A stretch of DNA of 45,409 nucleotides from Prevotellaceae bacterium (lineage in GTDB: Bacteria; Bacteroidota; Bacteroidia; Bacteroidales; UBA932), in NCBI GenBank assembly GCA_031290835.1, contig JAISLN010000302.1:1-45409 (forward strand). The letters are read 5' to 3'. A program made the translations under genes and the position numbers. Below the pieces are notes generated by a model. That model saw only the letters and a list, made by a program, of their open reading frames with translations, was not told the origin of the DNA and searched no databases. Below, in pieces: positions 37,229 to 45,409 of the stretch. Position 1 is the first letter of the stretch. Each line of letters starts with the position of its first letter.

Positions 37229-38122
37229 CTAAACCACTATCTTTTTCTTCCAGTAGTTTTCGCGAAATTCTTTGGGGGAGCAATTTTTGCGCTTTTTGAA
37301 GAGTCGGTTGAAGTTGGAAATGTTATTAAACCCGCAGGAGTAGCAGATTTCCGAAATGGACATGGTGGAGTCCACCAGCATACGCGCGGCGTGCCCCAGG
37401 CGTAGGGCAATAATGTAGTCCATCAGCCCCTCGCCGGTGCGCAGCTTAAAGAAGCGGCTAAACGCCACGGGGGTCATCTTGACCAAATCGGCAAGGTCAT
37501 TCAGGCGAATTTCTTCCTCATAGTGTGCGCTGATATACTCCTGCACTTTTTGCACGCGGCGGCTGTCGGCGTGCACGCTTATTTTGGCAAAGGAAGAGCT
37601 GGCCAGCGTCCGAGCATCGCCGCCAAACAGCGAAAGCTCGTAAAGGATGCTCAGAAAATCAAGCACAGCATAAAAACCCTGCTTGCCCGACAGACCATCC
37701 AGCAGCTTGTACGTCTTCATCACGGCCTCCATGGGAAAAGCCAGCCCCTTTTGCGCCTTCTCAAGCATCTTGCGGATGGTGTCGAACTGCTTCTTCCGCA
37801 TAAAGCTGGCAAAAAACAGCTCGGAGGAAAACTGAATGGTAATTTCGCGGATATGCGGCGAGCAACACTCGTGCTGCTCCCACACATGCTCCAAATCTTC
37901 GCCGGTGATAAGAACGAGGTCGTAATCGCCGATAACCTCTATCGAATCGCCCACAATGCGCTTCACCCCAGGCGCATGGGCGATAAAGTTCAGCTCAAAC
38001 TCGCTGTGGCTATGGATGGGGTAGGTAAACTCCGTCTTTTGCCGATCCGCAATGTAAAAGCAATCTTCCTTGGATAAAGGAGTAACTTCTCTAATGGGGA
38101 AAAGGTGGTATGAAGGCATCAT
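37229..38122 (-). CDS. AraC/XylS-family transcriptional regulator (cupin sensor domain plus HTH), probable PUL regulator
   Basis: 297 aa. N-terminal cupin-like FTYPIHSHSEFELNFI. C-terminal double HTH: LNDLADLVKMTPVAFSRFFK ... ISEICYSCGFNNISNFNRLFKK. Confidence 0.9.
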   Translation of the reverse strand: MMPSYHLFPIREVTPLSKEDCFYIADRQKTEFTYPIHSHSEFELNFIAHAPGVKRIVGDSIEVIGDYDLVLITGEDLEHVWEQHECCSPHIREITIQFSSELFFASFMRKKQFDTIRKMLEKAQKGLAFPMEAVMKTYKLLDGLSGKQGFYAVLDFLSILYELSLFGGDARTLASSSFAKISVHADSRRVQKVQEYISAHYEEEIRLNDLADLVKMTPVAFSRFFKLRTGEGLMDYIIALRLGHAARMLVDSTMSISEICYSCGFNNISNFNRLFKKRKNCSPKEFRENYWKKKIVV

Positions 38123-38400
38123 AGCTTATACGTATTTTGATAGTTTTGTTATTTAACTAAAGCTCAACTTAAAAATTATTACCATAAAATTATGTGAAAA
38201 TTGATTCAATTTAACCTAACCTGATTGGCTGCATGCCGAGCTCTGAGATGTAAGCATTATAAAGTAAAAACGTAAAAAATAAGCTTACATTGCCTCCATA
38301 ATGTGCTACGTAAAAGCACAAAAAACCGCACCACGAAAAAACATGGTACGGTATAGTAAAATTCTGGGGAAAATTATGTATATTACACGCGCACGAAGCA

Positions 38401-38483
<83 letters not shown>

Positions 38484-38732
38484 CCTATTACCAATAATTA
38501 TGCCAAGCCCGTCCGGAAACAGTAAGCGAGAGGATATTTTTACGCTATACGAAAAGTGGCGCATATATTGCCTTTAAATTAAAATATGAAAAGTGTGCTT
38601 TACAACGTAAAATTTTGAAGCGGGCGAAGTGAGCTCACGAACACCGTAAAAAAAGCAAAAGCGAGTAGCTGCGCTTCGCGTTATTCAATTTCCCTCGCGC
38701 TTTGCGCAATTCAAAATTCAAAATTTCTTCCG

Positions 38733-39797
38733 CTATTTTTCTACCTCCAGCTTTGCGGCAGGCAGCGGATTTTTCACCATCTCGGCATACTCCCTGCGGT
38801 GCTTGTACGTATCGCAAGCCAGGTATAGCGCCGCCCGAAACGAATCGGGCGAAGCCGTATCCTTGCCCGCTATATCGTACGCCGTGCCGTGCGTGGGCGA
38901 AGTTCGCACTATGGGCAAGCCGCAGGTGTAGTGCACGCTTGAGCTTGTGCCGTACGACAGCGTCTTGAAGGGCGCCAAGCCCTGGTCGTGGTACATGGCA
39001 AGCACAGCGTCAAATCGGCTAGCGCAGTTGGAGCCGAAAAAGCTGTCGGAGGCGTACGGGCCAAACGCCAATATCTTGTTCTTGATAGCCTCCTCCACCA
39101 CCGGAATCACAATATCCAGCTCCTCCGAGCCAATCAGCCCGCCGTCGCCCGCGTGGGGGTTAAGGCCCAGCACCGCTATGCGGGGTTTGGGTATCAAAAA
39201 GTCTTCCTTGAGCGTAGCGTTGAGCAGCCTTAGCTTGCTCATGACGAGCTCCTTGCTTATGGCCGTGGGAACTTGCGAAATCGGAATATGGCCGGTAACA
39301 ACCCCCACGCGCACGGAGCTGCCCACAAACAGCATGAGATAGTTTTTGACGCCAAAAACATCTGCCAAAAATTCGGTGTGCCCCGGAAACAGGCGGTTGA
39401 TGGACGAAATGTACTGCCTGCCGTAAGGCAGCGTTACCAAAACCTGAATTTTGCCGCTTTTCCAATCGCGAATTGCCGCCTCAAGCGCCGCCAGCGCACC
39501 TATCCCCGATACATCCGACGCTTTGCCGAACTCCACCTTCACCTCATCATCCATAACGTTGATAATGTTGGCGCGCTTGGGGTTGGCGTCGTCGGCAGAG
39601 CGGATAATGTTGAAGTTGAAGTTTTCAACCCCGCTTATCGTTTTGCGGTGAAAGGCGCCGACCTTGGGCGAGCCATATACAATGGGGGTGCACATTTCCA
39701 GCACACGAGGGTCTATAAGCGTTTTGATAATAACCTCATAGCCAATACCGTTGATATCGCCTTGTGTTATACCAACTTTTATCTTGGAGTCTGCCAT
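38733..39797 (-). CDS. pdxA: 4-hydroxythreonine-4-phosphate dehydrogenase
   Basis: 354 aa. Motifs: GITQGDINGIGYEVIIK, PGHTEFLA, LNPHAGDGG, MYHDQGL, VRTSPTHGTAYDIAGK. Confidence 0.95.
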   Translation of the reverse strand: MADSKIKVGITQGDINGIGYEVIIKTLIDPRVLEMCTPIVYGSPKVGAFHRKTISGVENFNFNIIRSADDANPKRANIINVMDDEVKVEFGKASDVSGIGALAALEAAIRDWKSGKIQVLVTLPYGRQYISSINRLFPGHTEFLADVFGVKNYLMLFVGSSVRVGVVTGHIPISQVPTAISKELVMSKLRLLNATLKEDFLIPKPRIAVLGLNPHAGDGGLIGSEELDIVIPVVEEAIKNKILAFGPYASDSFFGSNCASRFDAVLAMYHDQGLAPFKTLSYGTSSSVHYTCGLPIVRTSPTHGTAYDIAGKDTASPDSFRAALYLACDTYKHRREYAEMVKNPLPAAKLEVEK

Positions 39798-40161
39798 GAT
39801 ATAGATAGTGTTAGCGTATTATGTTTTTTGCCTTTGAACCATAGAGAGGTAGCAAAAATACTAAATAAATAGCTGCGCGTAACATTTTGTGGCTGTTAAA
39901 TAAGCTTACCGCTAAGGAAAATAGGCCACCCCGCTATTTACAGCAAATTGTAAATCAACCTGATAAAAACAAGCTTTGCAGCCGATGCCGGCGAAACCGT
40001 CGGCTATGCAGAAAAACCTTTTTTACGCAAAAAAATAAATGTAAAATTTTTCAAATCAAATAATTGGCTAAATTTAACACTTCGAGAGGCAATGATACGC
40101 CTCCCGACGTAGCAATACACCCTTTAATTTGCTTACTTTTGTGCCGCTTTCCGTGCACATT

Positions 40162-40191
40162 TTTACGGAGCAATAATTTACGGAGTAATAA
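40162..40191 (+). repeat. Two abutting 15-nt direct repeats, TTTACGGAG[C/T]AATAA, in the leader of the PLP-enzyme gene
   Basis: 40162-40176 and 40177-40191 differ at one position. The repeat ends 24 nt before the ATG at 40216. Confidence 0.9.
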
Positions 40192-40215
40192 CCCAAGCAG
40201 CTTGTAAAACACATT

Positions 40216-41418
40216 ATGGCAACACTACCACAGCACCATCCGCTCAAAGGCAACCCCGCTCCGGCGCAGGGCTTTGCCACCAGAGCTGTTCACGCGGGCG
40301 AAAAACCCGACTTTCGCGAAGGGGCCACCGGCGACGTGGCGGCTCCCATACACCTCGCCACCACCTACGCGCGGCAAAAGGTAGCCCAACCGGGACGCTA
40401 CGAGTACGTCCGCTCGCAAAATCCTACCCGCGAAGCGCTGGAAGCAAAGCTGGCGTCGCTGGAAAACGCCCGCTACGGGCTGGCGTTCAGCTCGGGAATG
40501 GCCGCCGAAACAACCGCCCTGCTCGCCTTGCTCAAGGCGGGCGACCACGTCATTGCCTTCGACGACCTGTACGGCGGAACAAAGCGCCTGTTTGAGCAAG
40601 GATTCGCCAACTTTGGCGTCGAAACCTCATACGTGGACGCCACCAACGCCTCGCTCGTGGAAAAAGCGGTGAAGCCCTCCAGCAAAATGGTGTGGGTGGA
40701 GTCGCCCACAAACCCGCTGATGAAGCTCGCCGACATACGGGCTATTGCCGAAATCGCCCGAAAGCACGGGCTGATTTTGGTGGTGGACAACACTTTCCTA
40801 TCGCCCTACTTCCAAAAACCGCTGGACTTGGGCGCCGACGTTGTGGTGCACAGCATCACCAAGTACCTCGGCGGGCACAGCGACGTGCTGGGCGGCGCCT
40901 TGCTGGTCAACAGCGAGCAGCTCTACGAGCGGTTGCAGTTCCACCAAAATTCGTCGGGAGCCGTGCTGCCGCCTTTTGACTCCTACCTTACGCTGCGCGG
41001 CATAAAAACGCTGGCGGTGCGCATGGAGCAGCACCAAAAAAACGCGCTGGCGGTGGCGCAATTTCTGGAAAAGCACCCAAAGGTGAGCCGGGTGCTCTAC
41101 CCCGGGCTGGAGAGCCACCCGCAGCACGAGCTGGCAAAGGCGCAGGCAAGCGGCTTTGGCGGAATGCTCTCGTTTGACGTAAAAGGAGCTGGCGCCGACG
41201 CAGAAACATTTTTGGAGCGCCTGCGCGTGTTTACCTTAGCCGAAAGCTTGGGTGGCGTGGAGTCGCTCATTGAGCAGCCCGCGCAAATGACGCACGTCTC
41301 GCTCGAAAAAGCCGAGCGCGAAAAAATAGGCATCACCGATACCCTCATCCGCGTATCGGTGGGCATAGAAGAGGTGGCGGACTTAATTGCAGACCTCAAG
41401 CAAGCGCTGGAGTGGTAG
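40216..41418 (+). CDS. Cys/Met-metabolism PLP-dependent enzyme (cystathionine gamma-lyase / gamma-synthase family)
   Basis: 400 aa. Motifs: YVRSQNPTREALE, FSSGMAA, VVDNTFLSPY, HSITKYLGGHSD (PLP lysine), ESLGGVESL. Confidence 0.9.
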   Translation: MATLPQHHPLKGNPAPAQGFATRAVHAGEKPDFREGATGDVAAPIHLATTYARQKVAQPGRYEYVRSQNPTREALEAKLASLENARYGLAFSSGMAAETTALLALLKAGDHVIAFDDLYGGTKRLFEQGFANFGVETSYVDATNASLVEKAVKPSSKMVWVESPTNPLMKLADIRAIAEIARKHGLILVVDNTFLSPYFQKPLDLGADVVVHSITKYLGGHSDVLGGALLVNSEQLYERLQFHQNSSGAVLPPFDSYLTLRGIKTLAVRMEQHQKNALAVAQFLEKHPKVSRVLYPGLESHPQHELAKAQASGFGGMLSFDVKGAGADAETFLERLRVFTLAESLGGVESLIEQPAQMTHVSLEKAEREKIGITDTLIRVSVGIEEVADLIADLKQALEW

Positions 41419-41738
41419 GGTAAGCCGCAAAATATTTTTTACGCCCCCCACCACCGCTGTCCGGTAAAATTCCTACCGAATGTCGCCCGCAACGATTATT
41501 TTTTCAGGAAAATTTATTTTTACCGGACGGTAGCGCGTGAGCATAATAGTTAAAACACGTAATGTAGCGTTTTTTAGCTGTTTGAGCACAATATCTTTCT
41601 AAAAAGATTCCTACATTTGCCGCTGTACTCCGAATAGCCTTTTTATAGTAGCGCTTCAAATCAACACTTGTACCTATTATGACATCGCTGCTCCATACAT
41701 TACTACCGCCGCACATATACAACATGTGGATATACATG

Positions 41739-41791
<53 letters not shown>

Positions 41792-42036
41792 GTTCGCACA
41801 CGGTCAGCTGTTGCACTGGAATCCTTGCCACGTCTTACCTTACGGCAACCGCTAAGGCTGCTGTAAGCGCTTTCTCCGAAAAATTAAAAATTCCTATAGA
41901 ACAGCCTCGTGGTTGTTAATACATGACAATGGAAATTTTACATCTGGATTTAATTACTCTCCCTACTGGAAATACGATGGGTTAACCCCTCATTTGCAGT
42001 GGGGCGTAGTTAAACAATATCAACAGGTTTTTTATT

Positions 42037-42654
42037 ATGAAAGCACTATTTTACATTTTGGTAGCCATTGGCGTTATGCTGATGGCTACCTCGTGCCCTC
42101 ACTTAGATGGCGGCGGTGGTGGTGGTGGTGGTGTGGATATGTGGTATTACATTTATATTAATGGAGATACGGATAGGATTGTACGAATATCCTACCTTGA
42201 GCGGGAAAAAGTGAAGAATACCTCCAGAGATCGACCGGCGGACGGCTCTCCGGCTCCAGAGTATATTTATGGCGATGACAATATTATTGTTACGGAGAAC
42301 GTAGCGTTGCCATTTTTTAAGGAAGTTCATACGGTTCATGACACCGATGGGATTCCCGATGAATTTCTGGAAATAACCTCTGAAAATGATTCCACAACCA
42401 AGGCTGTAATTTTCGAGGATGAGGTATTTATACTTAGATCCGACAGCAGTAAATGCTGGAGCATAGTAGGAAATCTTGTTAAGGATAAAGGGTACTCCAC
42501 AGAAGATTGTGAATCCTGTACATCCTGCAAAGGATTAACCCCTGACAGCATAATGAGCTATCTGAAAAATACGCGCTACCCTTGCTACTTGGAATTTTCG
42601 CAAGGCGATACCCGTAAGCGAGTAAGAATGTATGACTATTGGGGATATGACTAA
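42037..42654 (+). CDS. Orphan Cys-containing lipoprotein, paralogue 1 (with a Gly8 linker after the lipobox)
   Basis: 205 aa, signal plus lipobox MLMATSC. It shares conserved blocks with the next two ORFs: YIYINGDT, ISYLE, PEY, LPFFKEV, FLEI.S..DSTTKAVIF, C.SCKGL..DSI.SYLK...YPCYLEFSQGD. Confidence 0.8.
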   Translation: MKALFYILVAIGVMLMATSCPHLDGGGGGGGGVDMWYYIYINGDTDRIVRISYLEREKVKNTSRDRPADGSPAPEYIYGDDNIIVTENVALPFFKEVHTVHDTDGIPDEFLEITSENDSTTKAVIFEDEVFILRSDSSKCWSIVGNLVKDKGYSTEDCESCTSCKGLTPDSIMSYLKNTRYPCYLEFSQGDTRKRVRMYDYWGYD

Positions 42655-42779
42655 TTAGCGAATAAGTGGGGCGAGGGTGGCGCCTTGCCCCGCTTCTGCT
42701 TGCAGCGTTGCTCCTATGCGCCTACGAAAGGGGCATGCACATTTTTTTGTAAACCACAAAAGCTAAAATAGTATCGTTA

Positions 42780-43400
42780 ATGAAAACACGTATTTTTTTC
42801 GCAGCATTCATTGCCGTATCATTTGTTGTTACTTCTGCGTGCGATATTGTAGGTGGTGATTACATGGTTTATGACTATTGTATCTACATCACAGGCGATA
42901 CCGGCAGAACAGTACAGATATCCTATCTCGAACGAGGTTTGGTAAAGAACACCGGGCACGGGCAAGGGTCGTATTCTGATGGTACTATACCGGAGTATGT
43001 TGGTGGAGACGACAACGTGGTTATTGCTGAAGCGGTAACGCTACCATTTTTCAAAGAGATTAATTACGTTAGTAATAGGCAGGATGAACAGGATAGATTT
43101 CTTGAGATAGCCTCAACCAATGATAGCACTACTAAGGCAATAATGTTTCATTCTGACGTAGTATTGGCCGATACTTTTTGCGATGTTGCCGACGCATTTA
43201 ACACTTCCTATGGTGTGTCCGACGAATGTGCCTACTGCAAAAGCTTGTCCACAGATAGCATACTCAACTACCTGAAAGCTGTGAAATATCCCTGCTACAT
43301 AGAATTTTCGCAAGGCGATACGCAAAAAAGGGTATCGCTATCCGGCGTTGGGAAATGGATGCGGGAAACCGGCTTGTATTTTGATAATACAAAGCATTGA
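42780..43400 (+). CDS. Orphan Cys-containing lipoprotein, paralogue 2
   Basis: 206 aa, lipobox VVTSAC. It has the same conserved blocks and a 53-nt identical run with paralogue 3 (42881-42933 = 43565-43617). Confidence 0.8.
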   Translation: MKTRIFFAAFIAVSFVVTSACDIVGGDYMVYDYCIYITGDTGRTVQISYLERGLVKNTGHGQGSYSDGTIPEYVGGDDNVVIAEAVTLPFFKEINYVSNRQDEQDRFLEIASTNDSTTKAIMFHSDVVLADTFCDVADAFNTSYGVSDECAYCKSLSTDSILNYLKAVKYPCYIEFSQGDTQKRVSLSGVGKWMRETGLYFDNTKH

Positions 43401-43404
43401 ACCC

Positions 43405-43440
43405 ATGTGCGCTGCCTTTGCGGTGGCGCACATTTTTTTG
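43405..43440 (+). terminator. Rho-independent terminator after paralogue 2
   Basis: ATGTGCGCTGCC / GGTGGCGCACAT form a 12-bp stem (two G-U pairs) with loop TTTGC, followed by T7. Confidence 0.75.
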
Positions 43441-43469
43441 CAAATCACAAAAATTAAGATAATATTTTC

Positions 43470-44075
43470 ATGAAAACACATATTTTAGTAATGCTTTTCG
43501 CAGCATTTTCTATTTTTTCGTCATGTATCCCCGAAGGCGACGTGGATGTGAACGAGATATACTATATCTACATCACAGGCGATACCGGCAGAACAGTACA
43601 GATATCCTATCTCGAACAAGGCTTGGTAAAGAACACCGGGCAAGAGTCGCTTCCTGATGGTACTATACCGGAGTATGTCGGTGGCGACAACGTGATTACT
43701 GCTGAAACGGCAACGCTGCCATTTTTCAAAAAAGTTCATTACGTTTGGAATAACCGGAATCGACAGGATAGATTTCTTGAGGTAGCTTCAACCAAGGATG
43801 CCACTACTAAGGCCGTAATATTTCATTCTGACGTAGTATTGGCCGATACCTTTTGCAAGGTTGCCTACGTGTTTAACTCCGCTTATGGTGTGCCCGACGA
43901 ATGTGCATACTGTAAGAATTTGTCCATAGATAGCGTACTCAGCTACCTGAAATATGCGGAATATCCCTGCTACAGAGAATTTTCGCAGGGTGATAAGCAA
44001 CAAAGGCTATCGTTGACCACCATTTTAAAATGGGAGCAGAAAACAGGTTTGTATTTTGGTAATGCAAAGCGTTGA
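43470..44075 (+). CDS. Orphan Cys-containing lipoprotein, paralogue 3
   Basis: 201 aa, lipobox IFSSC, with the same conserved blocks as paralogues 1 and 2. Confidence 0.8.
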   Translation: MKTHILVMLFAAFSIFSSCIPEGDVDVNEIYYIYITGDTGRTVQISYLEQGLVKNTGQESLPDGTIPEYVGGDNVITAETATLPFFKKVHYVWNNRNRQDRFLEVASTKDATTKAVIFHSDVVLADTFCKVAYVFNSAYGVPDECAYCKNLSIDSVLSYLKYAEYPCYREFSQGDKQQRLSLTTILKWEQKTGLYFGNAKR

Positions 44076-44081
44076 ACCGTA

Positions 44082-44114
44082 TGCGCTGCCTTTGCGGGTG
44101 GCGCACATTTTTTT
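44082..44114 (+). terminator. Rho-independent terminator after paralogue 3 (near-copy of 43405-43440)
   Basis: TGCGCTGCC ... GGTGGCGCA form the stem, followed by CAT and T7. The downstream GTAAGCCACAAAAAAAA repeats the module seen after paralogues 1 and 2. Confidence 0.7.
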
Positions 44115-44143
44115 GTAAGCCACAAAAAAAACGACGATGTGTA

Positions 44144-45319
44144 ATGAAAATTCCTGTCCTGATAACGCTGCCTGTGACCATAGCGCTTTTGCTCTCGTGC
44201 CGACAACACGATGAGCAACCGGAGGCTCTGCCCACGCGAACCATCATTGCCTACGTGGTAGCCGACAACAACCTTGACTACTTTGCGCTAAAAGACCTCA
44301 ACGAAATGGAGCAGGGGTGGAGCGCCACGCTGGACGGCAACCTTATTGCGTACGTTGACCGGGCGGAGGGCGCCAGCCCTCCGCACCCTGTGGTGTATAA
44401 AGTGGAGCACGACACTACGGCAGCCATTGCAAGCCCCATCAAAAAGGTTTACGCAGAGCACAATTCCGCGTCTCCCGACGTCATGCGCCGCGTTCTGTCG
44501 GAGCTCATCGCCGATTATCCTGCGCAATCCTACGGGCTGGTGCTGTGGTCGCACGGCACGGGCTGGTTGCCCGCAGGGATAGCGTCGGGCAGCGGAAAGG
44601 CAGGTAAAGCCGCTCGCCCGCAGTCGTTCGGCAAAGACGGAACGGATGAAATGAGCATTACGGATTTAAGCAACGCTCTCCCCTGCCGGTTTGACTTCAT
44701 CATTTTTGACGCCTGCTACATGGGGGCGGTGGAGGTGGCGTACGAGCTGAGGAACAAAGCCGGCTACATCATTTTCTCACCCACCGAAGTGCTCTCCGCA
44801 GGCTACCCGTATCAGGAGGTTGTTGGCCGGCTGTTCGATAAGCCGGTAGATTATTCGGAGGTTGCGCGCAGCTTTTTCCAATCGTACAGCGCGCTCGAAG
44901 GGGCAATGCAATCCGCATCGGTGTCGGTTGTAAAAACCGCCGAGCTGGAGGGTTTGGCAGCAAGCTTTCGCAAGCTGATGAGCGATACGGCTCAACTTCA
45001 ATATGTTAATTCTATGGAAGTGCAGCAACTTTCGGCACGTCCTGACATTCCGTTGTTCGATTTGGGCAGCTTTGTGGCTGCGCTATCAGCCAACAATGCT
45101 GGTTGCGAGGAAGTTAGCAAAAGTATTTGCAGCGCAGTAGTGTTCAAAGAGGCAACCGAAAAATTTTTGGACAACTTTACCATAAACGATTTTTCGGGGA
45201 TGAGCATTTTTATTCCCGACACGTTAGCTACATCATACCATGATTTTTACAAAACAAACGCCTGGTTTCAGACGAGCGGCTACGGCGGCTATTTTGGCAA
45301 GCTTGGCGTTGGCAGGTAG
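44144..45319 (+). CDS. Peptidase family C11 (clostripain-like) cysteine protease, lipoprotein
   Basis: The start is taken at MKIPVLITLPVTIALLLSC (ATG 44144) rather than the listed 44072. C11 hallmarks: IIAYVVADNNLD, LVLWSHGTGWLP (catalytic His), FIIFDACYMG (catalytic Cys). Confidence 0.85.
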   Translation: MKIPVLITLPVTIALLLSCRQHDEQPEALPTRTIIAYVVADNNLDYFALKDLNEMEQGWSATLDGNLIAYVDRAEGASPPHPVVYKVEHDTTAAIASPIKKVYAEHNSASPDVMRRVLSELIADYPAQSYGLVLWSHGTGWLPAGIASGSGKAGKAARPQSFGKDGTDEMSITDLSNALPCRFDFIIFDACYMGAVEVAYELRNKAGYIIFSPTEVLSAGYPYQEVVGRLFDKPVDYSEVARSFFQSYSALEGAMQSASVSVVKTAELEGLAASFRKLMSDTAQLQYVNSMEVQQLSARPDIPLFDLGSFVAALSANNAGCEEVSKSICSAVVFKEATEKFLDNFTINDFSGMSIFIPDTLATSYHDFYKTNAWFQTSGYGGYFGKLGVGR

Positions 45320-45409
45320 CGGCTGCACAAAAGAGCACGAGCGCTACGCGCTAACGCTCCGCAACGGATATTTTGAGGCGCTGTACTACCCGCAGGTAGG
45401 CGCGGCGCA
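45240..45409 (+). CDS. 5' part of a further lipoprotein gene overlapping the protease 3' end (truncated by the window edge)
   Basis: ATG at 45240 opens MIFTKQTPGFRRAATAAILASLALAGSGCTKEHERYALTLRNGYFEALYYPQVGAA, which stays open to the last base. It has a positively charged n-region, a hydrophobic core and a Cys. It is absent from the ORF track because it is under 60 aa within the window. Confidence 0.45.
   Translation, partial: MIFTKQTPGFRRAATAAILASLALAGSGCTKEHERYALTLRNGYFEALYYPQVGAA

Noticed and set aside
37195-37235. tRNA-like string on the minus strand (GCGCAATGGTAGAGCGCAAGG), reminiscent of a tRNA D-arm, just after the AraC stop.
   Set aside because: No acceptor stem, anticodon arm or T-arm (GTTCRANYC) can be built around it. 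It partly overlaps the AraC stop codon region.
39798-40215. Possible SAM (S-box / SAM-II) riboswitch upstream of the Cys/Met PLP-enzyme gene.
   Set aside because: I could not find the conserved S-box core or the SAM-II pseudoknot signature by eye. It is kept only as a generic 'structured leader' finding pending an Infernal scan.
41913-42161. ORF 41913-42161 (+), ending in ..RWRRWWWWWCGYVV, which overlaps the start of paralogue 1.
   Set aside because: The Trp run is simply the (GGT)n repeat read in another frame. The paralogue frame has a signal peptide and conserved family blocks.
42737-44130. Three regularly spaced copies of a ~25-45-nt conserved non-coding module, considered as a possible CRISPR-like or integron-attC-like array.
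   Set aside because: The spacing is about 680 nt and the intervening segments are paralogous protein-coding genes. The modules look like terminator plus leader. There is no cas gene, no integrase, and no direct-repeat/spacer architecture.
44072-44143. The listed N-terminal extension of the C11 protease ORF (MNRMRCLCGWRTFFCKPQKKRRCV).
   Set aside because: It overlaps the paralogue-3 stop and its terminator hairpin. The internal ATG at 44144 gives a canonical lipoprotein signal peptide.

Overview
This window looks like a Bacteroidota chromosome segment: it has SusC/SusD pairs, many lipobox signal peptides and no Shine-Dalgarno-type spacing. GC is about 55-58%, with AT-richer insertions. Bases 749-38122 form one very large polysaccharide-utilisation locus (PUL), about 37 kb, encoded entirely on the minus strand. 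Its enzyme set points to beta-mannan, glucomannan or (acetyl)galactoglucomannan. In transcription order it holds: an AraC regulator; two tandem SusC/SusD/surface-lipoprotein units; two secreted proteins of unknown function; GH26; a discoidin-GH2; GH5; CE7; a GH5 mannanase; an SGNH esterase; a GH97 relic; GH27; a frameshifted GH30-like gene; GH3; and then the cytoplasmic module GH130 phosphorylase, GPH symporter, 2-epimerase and a final GH3. The locus ends at a perfect 20-bp palindromic terminator shared with a convergent BACON/FISUMP-domain gene at the left edge. Right of the PUL lie pdxA and a divergent PLP-dependent Cys/Met enzyme gene. After these comes an AT-rich island with three tandem paralogous orphan lipoprotein genes, each carrying its own terminator/leader module. 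The island runs into a C11 (clostripain-type) lipoprotein protease gene and an overlapping further lipoprotein ORF. The most unusual observations are: (1) the lipoprotein-triplet plus C11 protease island; (2) two very long same-orientation microsatellites, (CG)8(GT)33 and (GT)25, sitting at the PUL/core and core/island junctions; (3) an in-frame junction without a stop codon between the cytoplasmic epimerase and the signal-peptide-bearing GH3; (4) a lower-GC two-gene cassette of unknown secreted proteins inside the PUL; (5) homogenised 5' leader and N-terminal regions in the two SusC paralogues. I recognised no integrase, transposase, CRISPR array, tRNA or rRNA. All family calls come from motif recognition by eye, not database searches.
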